The notes under the pieces are model-generated. The model saw nothing but the letters and a program-made list of their open reading frames with translations. It had not been told where the DNA came from and ran no database searches. The translations under genes and the position numbers were made by a program. A stretch of DNA of 61,469 nt, the filler included, from Gemmatimonadota bacterium (GTDB lineage Bacteria; 4572-55; J002), in assembly GCA_003697105.1 (NCBI GenBank). It is 4 parts of 4 records of this genome, joined end to end, with 100 filler letters (N's around TTAATTAATTAA, not from the genome) between each part and the next. Parts side by side here need not be neighbours in the genome. Positions count along the whole stretch, not along the records: positions 14,368 to 34,426 come from RFFQ01000053.1; 3 more parts are not named here. One strand, given 5' to 3'. Below are positions 18,640 through 28,341 of this stretch, piece by piece; positions within the stretch are counted from its first letter, which is position 1, and each line of letters starts with the position of its first letter.

Positions 18640-19175
18640 TACATATTTTGGTGGGCTCTACCAATCCGGTGAAGATTGAGGCGACGAAACAGGCGTTTTT
18701 TGCCTACTTTAACCCCATCAAGGTCACCGGTGTCGCGGTGGAATCGGGAGTGCCCGATCAGCCTATCGGGGAAGAGACCTTTCAAGGTGCACAGCACCGG
18801 GTGCAACGTTTGATGGCACAGGCGCCGGCAGATTTTTACGTGGGTATTGAAGGGGGTATTTGCACCCAGTACGGGCGGTGGTTTTCGTTTGGGGCAGTTT
18901 GTATTGCCAATGGGCAGGGGCGTATGGGTTTTGGGAGCTCGCCTCAGTTTGAATTGCCGCCCCCGATGATCGATTTACTGGTGACTCAGCGGCAGGAACT
19001 GGGTCTGGTGATGGATCGCCTGAAAGGAGAATCCCACACCAAGCAAAAAGAAGGGGCCATTGGTTATTTTAGCCGCGGGGTTGTCACTCGCACTGACCTG
19101 ATGAAACCGGCGGTCTTGATGGCACTGGTGCCCTTTTTAAATACGGAATTTTATTTGGATAATGATCCCCTATGA
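18636..19175 (+). CDS. yjjX: Inosine/xanthosine triphosphatase
   Basis: VGSTNPVKI, SGVPDQP, VGIEGG and GAIGYFS. Confidence 0.88.
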   Translation: MIHILVGSTNPVKIEATKQAFFAYFNPIKVTGVAVESGVPDQPIGEETFQGAQHRVQRLMAQAPADFYVGIEGGICTQYGRWFSFGAVCIANGQGRMGFGSSPQFELPPPMIDLLVTQRQELGLVMDRLKGESHTKQKEGAIGYFSRGVVTRTDLMKPAVLMALVPFLNTEFYLDNDPL

Positions 19176-19203
19176 CCCCGTAGCGTGGTTAAGGAAGGAA
19201 ATC

Positions 19204-19770
19204 ATGCAGAATACGATTCTTTGGGGAGTGGTGGCGCTGTTTCCGGTATCAGAGATAGCGCTTGCCCTATTTAAACGGACTCGGCGCCGGCAGGCGACGC
19301 TAAGCGACCGGGGTTCGATGAGGCTCCTCTGGCTGGTGATTACCATCAGTGTTGGTGCGGCGATAGGTATGGCAGGATTACCCGTTGCCCAGATTCAGAT
19401 GGCACACGATGTTCGGCAGGTATTCGCGTTGGCTGTGTTGCTTCTCGGTTTGGCAATCCGGTGGATTTCGATTTTTACGCTAGGGCGTTTTTTCACCGTT
19501 GATGTGTCTGTTCAGCAGGATCACCATCTAATTGAGACCGGTCTGTACCGGTATGTGCGCCATCCCTCGTATGCAGGTCTTCTTCTGGCGTTCTTCGGGT
19601 TGGGTCTCTTTTTTGGTAATTGGTTCAGTGTGGGTGTTCTCGTACTTCCCATAACGGGGGCGATTCTCTGGCGGATTCAAATTGAAGAGCGTGCTCTTCG
19701 GGACGCTCTCGGTGAGTCTTACCGGCAATATTGTCTTCGGACAAAAAAACTCATTCCGGGTGTGTTTTAA
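19204..19770 (+). CDS. Isoprenylcysteine carboxyl methyltransferase family protein
   Basis: TLGRFFT, GLYRYVRHPSY and RIQIEERAL. Confidence 0.88.
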   Translation: MQNTILWGVVALFPVSEIALALFKRTRRRQATLSDRGSMRLLWLVITISVGAAIGMAGLPVAQIQMAHDVRQVFALAVLLLGLAIRWISIFTLGRFFTVDVSVQQDHHLIETGLYRYVRHPSYAGLLLAFFGLGLFFGNWFSVGVLVLPITGAILWRIQIEERALRDALGESYRQYCLRTKKLIPGVF

Positions 19771-19906
19771 GATGTTACCGGACACCGGTATGGGCAGGCA
19801 AACCCGCGATACGCCTTCAGCTATCCCGTGATTTTCTCTCCTTGTGCGAAATAAAGTGTGGACAAAAGCGGTTTAATGCCGTAATAAATATCCCCTAACA
19901 TAGGAG

Positions 19907-20596
19907 ATGGTGCCGGTGTTCCGTATTGCTATTCTGAGTTCCCCCGGGAGCCGGGGGGAAAGCGAAATGACCCGTGCCCTTCAGATGGTGGGGATACATG
20001 GGGTGAGTTTTCATGTGCAAAAAGCCGCCTCGATTTTAGCCGAATTTGACGGTTTTATGGTACCGGATCAGGCATTGGGAATGGTACCATTGCCCCGCCA
20101 TGTGTGTGATGTGCTTCGTGTTGCCGCACATCACGGTAAACCGGTTATCAGCATTTGCCGGGGAGTGGCTGGTTTGCAACAAGCCGGATTGCTACATGGT
20201 TTACACTGGCACCCACCGGTGGAAGCGGTGCTTATGTGGCACGACTTGATGCCGGTTAAGGGGCGAAACTGCGCGGTGACTTCGGCACTGAAAGAGACGC
20301 CGTACCCCTTTCCACTGGTGATAGACTGGTGTGCCTCCATCACGATTTCGCCAGACTTAATGGCTATTTTTCAAACGAAAGAAGGACACCTTGCTGGTGT
20401 CAGTAACATGGCGGGCAATGTTGTCGCTCTGTTTTTTCACCCAGAACAGGCACTCTGGTTGCGGCACATTCCGTATGATTACTCCGGTGAATGGGGTCTA
20501 GCCCGTCGATTAGCGGCACGTGACCCGGAACAGTTACAAATGCCGGCGCCGGGTATGTATGTGTTGGAGTCCATCAAATGGTTTTTAGAGCGGTGA
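19907..20596 (+). CDS. Divergent PurQ-like glutamine amidotransferase
   Basis: IAILSSPGS..E, VISICRG, AGVSN..GNVVALFFHPE; shorter and more degenerate than canonical PurQ. Confidence 0.6.
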   Translation: MVPVFRIAILSSPGSRGESEMTRALQMVGIHGVSFHVQKAASILAEFDGFMVPDQALGMVPLPRHVCDVLRVAAHHGKPVISICRGVAGLQQAGLLHGLHWHPPVEAVLMWHDLMPVKGRNCAVTSALKETPYPFPLVIDWCASITISPDLMAIFQTKEGHLAGVSNMAGNVVALFFHPEQALWLRHIPYDYSGEWGLARRLAARDPEQLQMPAPGMYVLESIKWFLER

Positions 20597-20603
20597 TAAT
20601 CTG

Positions 20604-21716
20604 ATGGCACTTTTTGGTAAGAAAAAAAACAGCACTTCACCACCGGAGACGGCACCCAAAAAGCCGTCACCGGCACGGGTGGTGCGCAAACAATTGGATG
20701 ACCTGTTTGAGCATGGTACATCTTATACCATGTCCGAAATGGGGTTGGAACTCGAAGCCCTCTTTAAGGAATATCCGGCACAGGTGCTCAATCAACTGGT
20801 CAAACGACTCAACACCGAGGATAGCGATGAGGAACGCTGGGTGGCGTGGGCATTCATTCATCTGGGCAAAGCGTATGAGGGTCCCGTCAAAAAATTAACA
20901 TCGGTATTGAAATCCAAAAAGAAACCGTTTAAATCGCGCATGCTGGCAATGACCCTTTTGCAACAATTAGGGGCAGATGTGGATTTTTCCCACGTCCAAT
21001 TGACCCAAGATACCGAGAGTGCCGCCCATGTGACGATGGAACTGCTGGATGATAAAATTGAGGAATGGTTGGTGCGGATAGCTCACGCTGAATTTGCCGA
21101 CCAAGTGATCGATATTATTTTTGATCTGGATGATACCCTCGCGACGATGGGCGATACCGAAACGATCCCCACCGGCATCATCACGCGGTTAAGCGAACTG
21201 AGCGCACCCGAAGCGGTGAGTTTGTTGCAGGCGATTGCCTTTGTGAGCCGTAGTAACCGCTTAGCCAAAAAAGCAGAACGGGCGCTGGAGCGGCTACAAA
21301 GCAAGGTCTTGCGGGCGATCCCCCCATGCGTGACGGCACTGGATGGTCCTCAATTTTACCGGGCATATGCCACCGACCCGATTGCTGGCGAGCCGGAAAC
21401 GCTCATTTTCAGTTGGCGAACAGAAGGCAAAAATTTGATGGCATTCGTTTTTTTGCTGGATGTGTTACCTTCCAATGATGTGACCGTGAGTGACTTTTTT
21501 GCCACCCGCTCCGTTTCCATCAAAGAGTTCAAGGTGGACTTTTTGAAAAAGGGTATGCAAAAAGGAGTGACGTTTCATGATATGCAATTTATCAGTGGCC
21601 AACGTTTGTTGAAAAAAGCGTTGCAGGGAAATAAAACATACCGTAAAGCTTTGCCAAAACTCTACCGGCGTTATGCCCACTTGATCGAACGCTGGATTTT
21701 AATGGGAAGCCATTGA
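20604..21716 (+). CDS. Hypothetical protein, helical (HEAT-like) N-terminus
   Basis: 370-aa ORF closely following the upstream gene; no recognised motif. Confidence 0.6.
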   Translation: MALFGKKKNSTSPPETAPKKPSPARVVRKQLDDLFEHGTSYTMSEMGLELEALFKEYPAQVLNQLVKRLNTEDSDEERWVAWAFIHLGKAYEGPVKKLTSVLKSKKKPFKSRMLAMTLLQQLGADVDFSHVQLTQDTESAAHVTMELLDDKIEEWLVRIAHAEFADQVIDIIFDLDDTLATMGDTETIPTGIITRLSELSAPEAVSLLQAIAFVSRSNRLAKKAERALERLQSKVLRAIPPCVTALDGPQFYRAYATDPIAGEPETLIFSWRTEGKNLMAFVFLLDVLPSNDVTVSDFFATRSVSIKEFKVDFLKKGMQKGVTFHDMQFISGQRLLKKALQGNKTYRKALPKLYRRYAHLIERWILMGSH

Positions 21717-21768
21717 TGGTAAGGCGATGTTTGCCATATTTTCTACGATAAATGCCGGGGAAAATCGA

Positions 21769-22692
21769 ATGCAAATACAACGATTCTCGATAATTTTTGT
21801 GATCCTGCTGGTTTTGATCGGGTGCCAACAATCCGAGAGTGAACGGGCAATTAAACGCGGAAAAAACTATCTTTTAAAAGGACAATACACGGATGCGGTG
21901 GCGGAATTTCATCTGGCGCTCAAAACCGACCCGCAAAATGCCGAGACCCTCTATCTCATCGGTAGTTGCTACAGCAAATTAGGCGATCTGAATCGAACAC
22001 ATGAGTTTTTTACTCGGGCGATTCAGATTGATGCCAAATGGGCTCCATCGGTGATCCCCCATTATGCTGAACTGGTTGAACGTTTTCGGGCGCGGAATGA
22101 TAAACCCCGCTTGATTCAAGTGCTAAGTTGGTTGTTGGAGATTGACCCGGGCTATGATCTGGAAGATAATTATTACATTTTGGGCGACTACTACTACCAA
22201 CAACGGGATTACGAGAATGCCTTGACCGTGTACCAACAGGCACTCTTTAAAATGCCGGAGGATGCCCGGGAGAAACTTGCCCGGCGCCGTATCATCGAAT
22301 GTGAGGTCGAGTTGGGTGATTATGCGGCAGCGGTGGCCGCGTGTGACCGCTATTTTGAACGGTATTCCGACTTATCTTATAAGGAAATTGAGAAAGTCCA
22401 ATGGATTCAAGGGCAAGCTGCCTATTATTTGGCGAAGGATTATTTGGATCAGAAATTATATGATGAGGCGATTGAAGCCGCACATCGTACTATCCGGTTA
22501 AATAAACCCCAAAATTTGATCGATGATGCCTATCTTTTGCTAGGTCAGGCGTATGAAGCCCAAAATGAAGTGGATAAGGCGCGTGAGGCATGCGAAAACG
22601 CCATTAAAGCGAACGGGGACCCGTCCAGCACGCTGGCGCATCAGGCTCGTAGGTGCTTGGAACTTTTGGATCAAAGCCGCCGTGACCAATGA
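21769..22692 (+). CDS. TPR lipoprotein
   Basis: Lipobox LIGC followed by TPRs. Confidence 0.82.
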   Translation: MQIQRFSIIFVILLVLIGCQQSESERAIKRGKNYLLKGQYTDAVAEFHLALKTDPQNAETLYLIGSCYSKLGDLNRTHEFFTRAIQIDAKWAPSVIPHYAELVERFRARNDKPRLIQVLSWLLEIDPGYDLEDNYYILGDYYYQQRDYENALTVYQQALFKMPEDAREKLARRRIIECEVELGDYAAAVAACDRYFERYSDLSYKEIEKVQWIQGQAAYYLAKDYLDQKLYDEAIEAAHRTIRLNKPQNLIDDAYLLLGQAYEAQNEVDKAREACENAIKANGDPSSTLAHQARRCLELLDQSRRDQ

Positions 22693-22852
22693 GTTGGATC
22701 GATGGATATTCCAAACTTCCAATGGGATGGTGAAAAAATTTGCGCGGTCTGAATCCTCTTTGTTAATATTAACGGCTTCGTAACGGAACTCATCCTTCAC
22801 GGCTGGGAACACCATCAATCGCTTGAACCCTGCCGGAGAACCGGCAACCGGT

Positions 22853-22893
22853 ATAAAAAACCCGCGACTCTGAATAGAATCGCGGGTTTTATT
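22853..22893. terminator. Bidirectional intrinsic terminator
   Basis: AAAAAACCCGCGA-loop-TCGCGGGTTTTA between convergent genes. Confidence 0.75.
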
Positions 22894-22925
22894 ATGGGAA
22901 AAGCGGCGATGCTGCTACTGTGAAT

Positions 22926-23606
22926 TTACTCCCCGGAAGTTCGCTCAATTTCTGCCAAATAGCGATTGACATCGGTGGTATAAATTGAGGTGGGATATTC
23001 TTCCACGAGGTGTTCAAAAGTTTTTTTCGCATTGTCAGTATCCCCTTGATCGCGGTATGCCAGTGCCATTTTGTACAGGGCATGGGGGGCGATCCACATT
23101 TCGGGGTATTTTTTGGCGACTTTTTCATACATTTCAATGGCTTCAGCGTGATGTCCCAAGCTCAACTGGCAATCGGCGACCCCCATCATCGCAGAGGGTG
23201 TTAAAATTTCATCCCGTCCTTTTTTCAGATATTTTTCGTAGGCTTCACGTGCTTCTTCGTACTTGCCTTCCATATAGAGCGCATTTGCTTTGTAATAAAT
23301 ACTTTTCTTTCCGGCATACGTACCACCGTGAGCCTTAATCACCTCATCAAATAGGGGGATAGCGGCGGCATAGTCTCCATTTTGGTAATGGGTCATTGCT
23401 TTGCCAAATCCTTCGAGGGCATTCTGACTATTGTGCTCTTGGAACCACATGGTACCCCAGATCACCAAAGCCAGTATCACGATACCGGCGATCGTTCCCA
23501 CGACTTCTTTCAAGTGTTCTTTCGCGTAGTTCCATGCTTGGAACGAGGAAGTGACCAGCAGGTCTTCTTTTTTGGAATGATGATGTCGTTTCGCTGTTGA
23601 AGCCAT
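22926..23606 (-). CDS. Membrane-anchored TPR protein (YfgM/CpoB-like)
   Basis: Basic N-terminus, one TM helix, TPRs ending in LVEEYPTS. Confidence 0.75.
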   Translation of the reverse strand: MASTAKRHHHSKKEDLLVTSSFQAWNYAKEHLKEVVGTIAGIVILALVIWGTMWFQEHNSQNALEGFGKAMTHYQNGDYAAAIPLFDEVIKAHGGTYAGKKSIYYKANALYMEGKYEEAREAYEKYLKKGRDEILTPSAMMGVADCQLSLGHHAEAIEMYEKVAKKYPEMWIAPHALYKMALAYRDQGDTDNAKKTFEHLVEEYPTSIYTTDVNRYLAEIERTSGE

Positions 23607-23673
23607 TGTCTATCAACGTCCTCCTAATTTAACGGTGGAAATAAAATGAGTGGTCTTCCATGAATTTTCTTGC

Positions 23674-24165
23674 TCAAAATGTGGCGTCATCTTGTAATAC
23701 TATCAATGCTAAATCCGTGTATTGTGCCTCACCACAGGTGTAAATGATGCGTTTCAAAAGGGTATAAGGTGTCTTTTTATCAGCTTCAATCGTGATTTTG
23801 CCTTCAAAACCACCTTTTAGATGCGAGGCTAAAATTGTTTCGCGGTGTCGATCCAATTCTTGCAACAGGGGCTCGATTAAAAATGCCTCATGGAGTTGAT
23901 CGAGTTTCACCACCGGTTGGTCATCTACCAGCACATCGGTTTTGGTCACGGAGACCCGCACGGTGGGGATGGGTGCGGTTGTGATACTCGCTACCGGTAA
24001 TTGCAAATCGGGGGAGATATTGACTCCCACATCAGAATAGCTTTTCAACAAAAAGAGAAGCAGTATAGTAAAGACATCTATCATAGATGTCAAGTTTAAT
24101 TGTGGAATTGCCTTGTATTTTCGGTGCGCTTTTCGTGCTTTTAGGGTACGTGGTTGGTGTGACAT
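23674..24165 (-). CDS. exbD: Biopolymer transporter ExbD/TolR family protein
   Basis: LNLTSMIDVFTILLLFLL and IEADKKTPY. Confidence 0.85.
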   Translation of the reverse strand: MSHQPRTLKARKAHRKYKAIPQLNLTSMIDVFTILLLFLLKSYSDVGVNISPDLQLPVASITTAPIPTVRVSVTKTDVLVDDQPVVKLDQLHEAFLIEPLLQELDRHRETILASHLKGGFEGKITIEADKKTPYTLLKRIIYTCGEAQYTDLALIVLQDDATF

Positions 24166-24183
24166 GGCATGTGCTCTTACCGG

Positions 24184-25242
24184 TTATCCGGGTATGGAAA
24201 GACCCACGGAATCTCTCCGTGTTTTGATTATCAATTCTGCATTTAAAATCGCACATCCCGCCGCTCCTCGAACGGTATTGTGTGAGAGGACTACAAACTT
24301 CCAGTCTAGCACAGGGCATTCTCGTAACCGTCCGATACTTACCGCCATGCCATCTTCTATTTGGCGATGGAGTTTAGGCTGTGGATATTTATCTTCGTGG
24401 AAATAGTGAAGTGGTTGGCGGGGTGCAGAGGGCAGTTCCAGCTCTTGGGGTAGTCCCCGAAATGTTGTCCACGCCTCGATCAATTGTGCTTTTGTTGCCG
24501 CAGTTTTGAGTTGAATCGACACGCATTCCAGATGCCCATCCACTACCGCCACCCGGTTGCATGCGGCGCTGATCTGAATATGGGCGGGTTGAATCGACCC
24601 ATTTTGGAGGTGTCCGAGCATTTTAAGGGGTTCGGTCTCAATTTTGTCTTCTTCACCGCCGATGTAGGGAATCACGTTATCCAAAATATCCAAGCTTGCC
24701 ACGCCGGGGTAACCTGCTCCAGAGAGTGCTTGCAAAGTCACCACGTGTACCGCCTTCACACCAAATTGATCATGTAGCGGTTTGAGTGCCATTACCAAGC
24801 CCATGGTGGAGCAATTGGAATTGGTAACAATTTTTCCGGGGGTTTGCTGCTGATCAAGTACTGCCAGATGGTCTGGATTGACTTCGGGCAACAGTAACGG
24901 TACATCCGCATCCAGACGATGGTTGCGAGAATTGGAAATCACCAGATACCCCGCTTGGGCAAACGCTGTTTCGATCTCCCCGGCGACGCGAGAATCCAGA
25001 CCGGAAAACACGATTTTGCCTTCCAGATGGGGCTTGCAGGGGTGGATGACCATTTCCCCAATGGATGGGGGTAGGGGGGTTTGTTGAAACCAATTGACGG
25101 CATCTCGGTAACGTTTACCTGCGGATCGATCCGAAGCGGCAAGCGCGGTGATTTCAAACCAAGGGTGATGAATCAACCGTTCAATAAATTTTTGTCCGAC
25201 GCTGCCGGTTGCCCCTAAAATGGCAACGGGGATTTTAGGCAT
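24184..25242 (-). CDS. asd: Aspartate-semialdehyde dehydrogenase (archaeal/fungal-like type)
   Basis: GATGSVGQ, NSNCST, QALSGAG, CNRVAVVDGH and HNTVRGAAG. Confidence 0.95.
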   Translation of the reverse strand: MPKIPVAILGATGSVGQKFIERLIHHPWFEITALAASDRSAGKRYRDAVNWFQQTPLPPSIGEMVIHPCKPHLEGKIVFSGLDSRVAGEIETAFAQAGYLVISNSRNHRLDADVPLLLPEVNPDHLAVLDQQQTPGKIVTNSNCSTMGLVMALKPLHDQFGVKAVHVVTLQALSGAGYPGVASLDILDNVIPYIGGEEDKIETEPLKMLGHLQNGSIQPAHIQISAACNRVAVVDGHLECVSIQLKTAATKAQLIEAWTTFRGLPQELELPSAPRQPLHYFHEDKYPQPKLHRQIEDGMAVSIGRLRECPVLDWKFVVLSHNTVRGAAGCAILNAELIIKTRRDSVGLSIPG

Positions 25243-25393
25243 GTGTTACATCCTTCTGTGAGGGGGGGGTAATTGCAAGGGGCTTGGCCTTTTGCTATTA
25301 CCGTGTAAAATCCGCTATTTTATATGGGTATTACATGTATTACGGAGTTCTGAATGTTACAGCAAATGGTGGTCGCTGTCAATTCTTTCCTAT

Positions 25394-25428
25394 AAAAAAG
25401 GCGAGCACATTTTGAGTACCCGCCTTTT
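25394..25428 (-). terminator. Intrinsic terminator after fusA
   Basis: AAAAGGCGGG..CTCGCCTTTTTT on the minus strand. Confidence 0.6.
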
Positions 25429-25452
25429 AATGATCGCTTTTTTCGTCCGGGA

Positions 25453-27561
25453 CTATTTTTTCTCTTCTTCTTTTTCTTTGCGGCGGCGTTCGACAATCTC
25501 TTCTGCCAGCGCATAGGGCACGGCGGCGTAGTGTTCAAAGTGCATGGTGGCGCTGCCCCGTCCAGAGGTGCTACTGCGAAGTTCGTTGGTATATCCGAAC
25601 ATTTCCGCCAACGGAACCATTGCCTTGACAATTTGCAGGTCACCTTTGGCGGTCATGCCTTGAATTTGTCCCCGCTTACTGCTCAAGCTCCCGACGACCG
25701 TTCCGATATACTCATCGGGGGTGGTTACTTCGACCGACATGATCGGTTCCAGCAGTTCCGGACCTGCCTTGTGGAAGGCTTCGCGGAAGCACATCGAACC
25801 GGCAATTTTGAATGCCATTTCGGACGAATCCACCTCGTGATAGGAGCCATCGATAAGCGTGGCTTTGACGTTCACCACCGGATAGCCGGCATAGGGACCT
25901 TTTTGCATTGCCTCCAGGATTCCTTTTTCCACGGAGGGGATATACTCTTTCGGGATAGCACCTCCGACGATCTGGTTTTCAAATTCAAAGCCTTTCCCCG
26001 GGGGCAAATCCTCAAACACGATCACCACATGAGCATATTGACCGCGTCCTCCAGACTGCTTGGCGTATTTCAGCGAGTGCTCCACCGTGCGGGTGATGGT
26101 TTCTCGATATGCCACTTGCGGTGTTCCAACCTCGGCGACCACATTAAACTCGCGTTTAAGGCGATCAATGATAATCTCCAAATGCAATTCACCCATTCCA
26201 GAGATGATGGTTTCTCCGGTTTCATCATCAAACCGGACGGTAAATGTGGGGTCTTCATCGGCAAGTTTGGCCAGAGCAATACCGAGTTTGTCCCGGTCGG
26301 CACGGCTTGCCGGCTTGACTGAAACCGAGACCACTGGTGCCGGAAAATCAATTTCTTCCAAAATGATCGGATGATCGGGGTCACAGAGGGTATCTCCGGT
26401 TAATGTATCAGCCAGACCAATCCCAACCCCAATATCACCCGCAAAGAGTTCATCACGTTCTTCTTGCTTGTTGGCGTGCATTTGCACAATCCGTCCCATC
26501 CGTTGTTTTTTGTCACGCGTCGCATTATACACATAAGAACCCGCTTTGACCGAACCGGAATAGATACGAAAATAGGTCATCTTCCCCATGTGTTTGTCGG
26601 TCATAATCTTGAATGCCAACGCGGCAAAGGGGGCATCATCACTGGGGTGACGGATGAGTTCTTTGTCTTCTTCAGGGGTAGAAGGTACCGTTCCGATAAT
26701 CGGGGGTTTGTCAGAGGGTGACGGCAGAAAGTCCACGATAGCATCTAGCAAACGTTGCACACCTTTGTTTTTAAAGGCAGAACCGCAGAGCACCGGTACG
26801 ATGTCGCGGCGAATGGTGGCTTCTCGCAAAGCACGTACGACTTCTTCCTTCGGTGGTACAATATCTTCCATAAAGAGTTCCATCAGATGATCATCCACTT
26901 CTGACGCCTTTTCGATCAAGACTTGTTCCCACTCATGCGCCAGTTCCTTCATATCCTCTGGAATCTCTTCTTCGTGGTATTTCAGCCCTTTTGTGGCATC
27001 ATCGTAAATAAGGGCTTTCATGGTGATGAGATCAACCACGCCCCGAAAATTATCTTCTGCACCAATCGGGATGACCAAGGGCACCGGATTGGCGCCGAGC
27101 ATGTTTTCAATCTCCTTGACGACGCTGAAAAAGTCTGCGCCGGTGCGGTCCATTTTGTTTATGAAAGCAATTGCTGGTACGGAATACTTTTCCGATTGCC
27201 GCCACACGGTTTCGGATTGCGGTTGCACGCCGGAAACCGCACAAAACAGCCCGATGGCGCCATCTAAGACGCGCAAACTTCGCTCGACCTCGGCGGTGAA
27301 ATCCACGTGACCGGGGGTATCAATGATGTTAATCCGGTGATCGCGCCAAAAGGTGGTTGTCGCCGCGGATGTGATGGTGATTCCACGTTCTTGCTCTTGC
27401 TCCATCCAGTCCATTGTTGCTGCCCCATCGTGAACTTCACCGATTTTATGCGTTTTACCCGAATAGTATAAAATACGTTCTGTAGTGGTTGTTTTTCCGG
27501 CATCAATATGAGCAATAATACCGACATTACGTACTTTGTCTAACGGTACTTGTCTTGGCAT
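25453..27561 (-). CDS. fusA: Elongation factor G
   Basis: [23 protein letters not shown] and KQSGGRGQY; start MPRQ follows AAGGAG. Confidence 0.97.
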   Translation of the reverse strand: MPRQVPLDKVRNVGIIAHIDAGKTTTTERILYYSGKTHKIGEVHDGAATMDWMEQEQERGITITSAATTTFWRDHRINIIDTPGHVDFTAEVERSLRVLDGAIGLFCAVSGVQPQSETVWRQSEKYSVPAIAFINKMDRTGADFFSVVKEIENMLGANPVPLVIPIGAEDNFRGVVDLITMKALIYDDATKGLKYHEEEIPEDMKELAHEWEQVLIEKASEVDDHLMELFMEDIVPPKEEVVRALREATIRRDIVPVLCGSAFKNKGVQRLLDAIVDFLPSPSDKPPIIGTVPSTPEEDKELIRHPSDDAPFAALAFKIMTDKHMGKMTYFRIYSGSVKAGSYVYNATRDKKQRMGRIVQMHANKQEERDELFAGDIGVGIGLADTLTGDTLCDPDHPIILEEIDFPAPVVSVSVKPASRADRDKLGIALAKLADEDPTFTVRFDDETGETIISGMGELHLEIIIDRLKREFNVVAEVGTPQVAYRETITRTVEHSLKYAKQSGGRGQYAHVVIVFEDLPPGKGFEFENQIVGGAIPKEYIPSVEKGILEAMQKGPYAGYPVVNVKATLIDGSYHEVDSSEMAFKIAGSMCFREAFHKAGPELLEPIMSVEVTTPDEYIGTVVGSLSSKRGQIQGMTAKGDLQIVKAMVPLAEMFGYTNELRSSTSGRGSATMHFEHYAAVPYALAEEIVERRRKEKEEEKK

Positions 27562-27628
27562 AACTTGTAACTCCTTTATTTTGAATGGCTTTTGCGTTAT
27601 TTCGCCACATGCGAAAAAATGAGGGCAC

Positions 27629-27657
27629 AAAATAGGCTTTTGCCCAAAATTTGTCAA
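27629..27657 (-). promoter_or_regulatory. Sigma70-type promoter for fusA
   Basis: TTGACA-17 nt-TATTTT on the minus strand. Confidence 0.5.
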
Positions 27658-27694
27658 GTTAAAATCTCGTTAATCGATTGGAACGTCGATTCGC

Positions 27695-27723
27695 TTGACA
27701 GGATTCAAGGCTCGGATTATTCT
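27695..27723 (+). promoter_or_regulatory. Sigma70-type promoter for trpG/pabA (probably leaderless)
   Basis: TTGACA-17 nt-TATTCT ending 7 nt before the ATG. Confidence 0.5.
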
Positions 27724-27730
27724 ACCCCCC

Positions 27731-28315
27731 ATGAAACCGATTCTGATGATTGATAATTTTGATAGCTTTACCTACAATTTGGTGCAATATCTGGAGGAGT
27801 TGGGGGCGCGAGTGCACGTGGTTCACCATCATGCCATCACTTTAGAGGAGATTGCCGTCCGTTCTCCCTCAGGTATCTTGATTTCACCGGGACCGGGCAC
27901 GCCGGATGATGCGGGGGTTTCACTGGATGTTGTTCGGGAATTTTTCGGGCGGATTCCGATTTTAGGGGTCTGTTTGGGGCATCAAGTGATCGGGCAGGCA
28001 TTTGGTGGGCGAATTATCCCGGCGCCACAATTGATGCACGGCAAAACGTCCCTAATTTATCACAATAATCAGGGCGTATTTGCCAATTTACCGAATCCGT
28101 TCCCTGCTACACGGTATCACTCCCTCGTTGTGGAAGAAGCCAGTTTGTTACCGGATTTGAGCGTCACCGCCCGCACCCGTACCGGTATCATTATGGGCTT
28201 AAAACACAAACGTCACCCTGTGTTTGGGATCCAATTTCATCCCGAATCTATTTTAACGGAGGCGGGACGTGATCTACTGCGTAATTTTCTGAATCTGTTA
28301 CCGGCAGTTCTTTAG
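27731..28315 (+). CDS. Anthranilate/aminodeoxychorismate synthase component II (TrpG/PabA)
   Basis: IDNFDSFTYNL, SPGPG, GVCLGHQ, RYHSL and QFHPES. Confidence 0.95.
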   Translation: MKPILMIDNFDSFTYNLVQYLEELGARVHVVHHHAITLEEIAVRSPSGILISPGPGTPDDAGVSLDVVREFFGRIPILGVCLGHQVIGQAFGGRIIPAPQLMHGKTSLIYHNNQGVFANLPNPFPATRYHSLVVEEASLLPDLSVTARTRTGIIMGLKHKRHPVFGIQFHPESILTEAGRDLLRNFLNLLPAVL

Positions 28316-28341
28316 TTGAACAAAACCGGTATAGAGATGCC

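Noticed and set aside
22540..22818. Minus-strand 92-aa ORF
   Set aside because: Overlaps the TPR gene antisense, has no RBS or motif, and starts just past a terminator.
25531..26322. 263-aa plus-strand ORF and similar long shadow ORFs
   Set aside because: Antisense to fusA or other conserved genes; expected from codon bias.
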